Of a stretch of DNA of 64,000 bases, positions 62,684 to 64,000 are shown in pieces. The notes under the pieces were generated by a model, which was given only the letters and a program-made list of their open reading frames with translations, made no database searches and was not told the origin of the DNA. The position numbers and the translations under genes were made by a program. Source of the stretch: Paraphysomonas bandaiensis (taxonomy: Eukaryota > Protista > Chrysophyceae); assembly GCA_965644295.1 (NCBI GenBank), contig CBFFRP010000110.1, forward strand, positions 62,001-126,000, read 5' to 3'. Within the stretch, counting starts at the first letter, position 1. Each line of letters opens with the position of its first letter.

Positions 62684-64000
62684 ATGTCAGCACAGTCTAG
62701 GTCTAAATCCAGATATCAGAGCCAATTGCGCGGCAAGTCAAAGGGACCATCCAGCGCATCTATAGATCGTAGGGGTTGGGGACGAGTAAGCGGAGGAGGA
62801 AACTTTAAGCAACAAAAGGAAGGTGATGCTATTGATTCATCATTTGGGTTCGATAGATATACGGAGGTATTGATATTCATGAGATTCTGTGCAGTGTTTT
62901 ACACTTTTCAGGGCAAAAGTCGGTTAGGTTGGCTACTAAATTATTTACCTACGGTAAGCAGCTTTAAAAGTTCCCATATGATACTCTAATTTCACCTGCC
63001 CGATGAACGTAATAGTCCATGCCGGACGAAACTGGTAGAGAGAGAAGTGGAATGGATTTATATTTCATTGACCGCAATGGAGAAAATTTCAAGTCTACTG
63101 TGTTATTTGCACCTTATTTTTACGTGGATGTCAAGGACCAGAAGCATATCCCAGAATTGTTGCAACATTTGCAAAAGCGATATGAAGGCTGCTATCTGGA
63201 GCAGTGTGACTTAGAAGACTTAGATATGGCCAATCACCTTTCGGGGAAAACCCACCGATTCTTGAAAATATCCTTTGGAACAGTATCAGAATTAACTGAA
63301 TGCAGATCGGAATTAAGGTGTTAGTACATTAATTAAAAATGCATTAACACTAAGATTATTTCAGGTCGGCAGTTGAAAAAAATTGTAAAGTAAATGCTGC
63401 CGATGTTGATGGAGAGTGGATATCTGGCCATATGAAAGACAAAAATATATCAGATCCTCTCGAATACATTGTAGACCTTCGTGAATATGATGTTCCATAT
63501 CCAGTCAGATGTAGTATTGATTTGGATTTAAGGGTCGGTGCATGGTACATTGTAACACCTGAACAGGTAGAGCACGAGAGCAATATTTGTGACGATGTTT
63601 ATAATCCGAGTTGTAGGGGTCTGAGTCTTGCACCGTTGAAGCACAAAAAGACTTTTTAGAGCTTGGCGAGCCTAGGTACTATCCTGTTACGTTCGATAGA
63701 GATTGTACATTAATATCTGACGTTGTGAATTTGTATAAAGGATTCTAGCATTTGATATAGAGTGTGAGAAATCACCACTAAAGTTTCCTAATGCTGAGTC
63801 GGACAGAATATATATGATCTCTTACATGGTCAACAAACAGGGTTTTTTAATAGTTAACAGGTAGTGCGAATCAATTTAGTGTATGGTATTCGCGTGTTAT
63901 GCTCGATTGTTCAGGGAAATTGTCTCGGAAGATATTAGTGACTTTGAATATACTCCACTCTCGAAGTACCCCGGCCCTTTCCATATATTTAATGTAGCTA
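62684..64000 (+). CDS. POLE: DNA polymerase epsilon catalytic subunit, 5' part (multi-exon, runs off the window)
   Basis: [48 protein letters not shown], Exo [23 protein letters not shown]. Confidence 0.96.

Overview
Eukaryotic nuclear DNA, AT-rich with many short (~45-55 nt) spliceosomal introns; the gene set suggests a stramenopile-like protist (inference). There are twelve host genes: a coiled-coil protein built from identical 367-bp exon+intron repeats, a TFIIB-like zinc-ribbon protein, an SLC25A39/40-like carrier, a myosin with an unusual tail, a hypothetical protein, CHTOP/FoP-like, CWC21, G3BP-like, PRPF3, an S6K-like AGC kinase, an SLC36/AVT3-like transporter and the 5' part of POLE. 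Ten of them form five head-to-head pairs, most ~0.5 kb apart. Retroelements occur almost only in the convergent gaps: an intact Ty1/copia with identical LTRs, a decayed full-length copia, a copia fragment, remnants of a tail-less LINE family, a structured SINE-like partner of that LINE, and several MITEs. The best candidate for a new system is the copia lineage. All three copies carry an extra ~55-60-aa domain after integrase, and the two full-length copies have non-canonical LTR ends. Exon boundaries were read by eye and are approximate unless stated.
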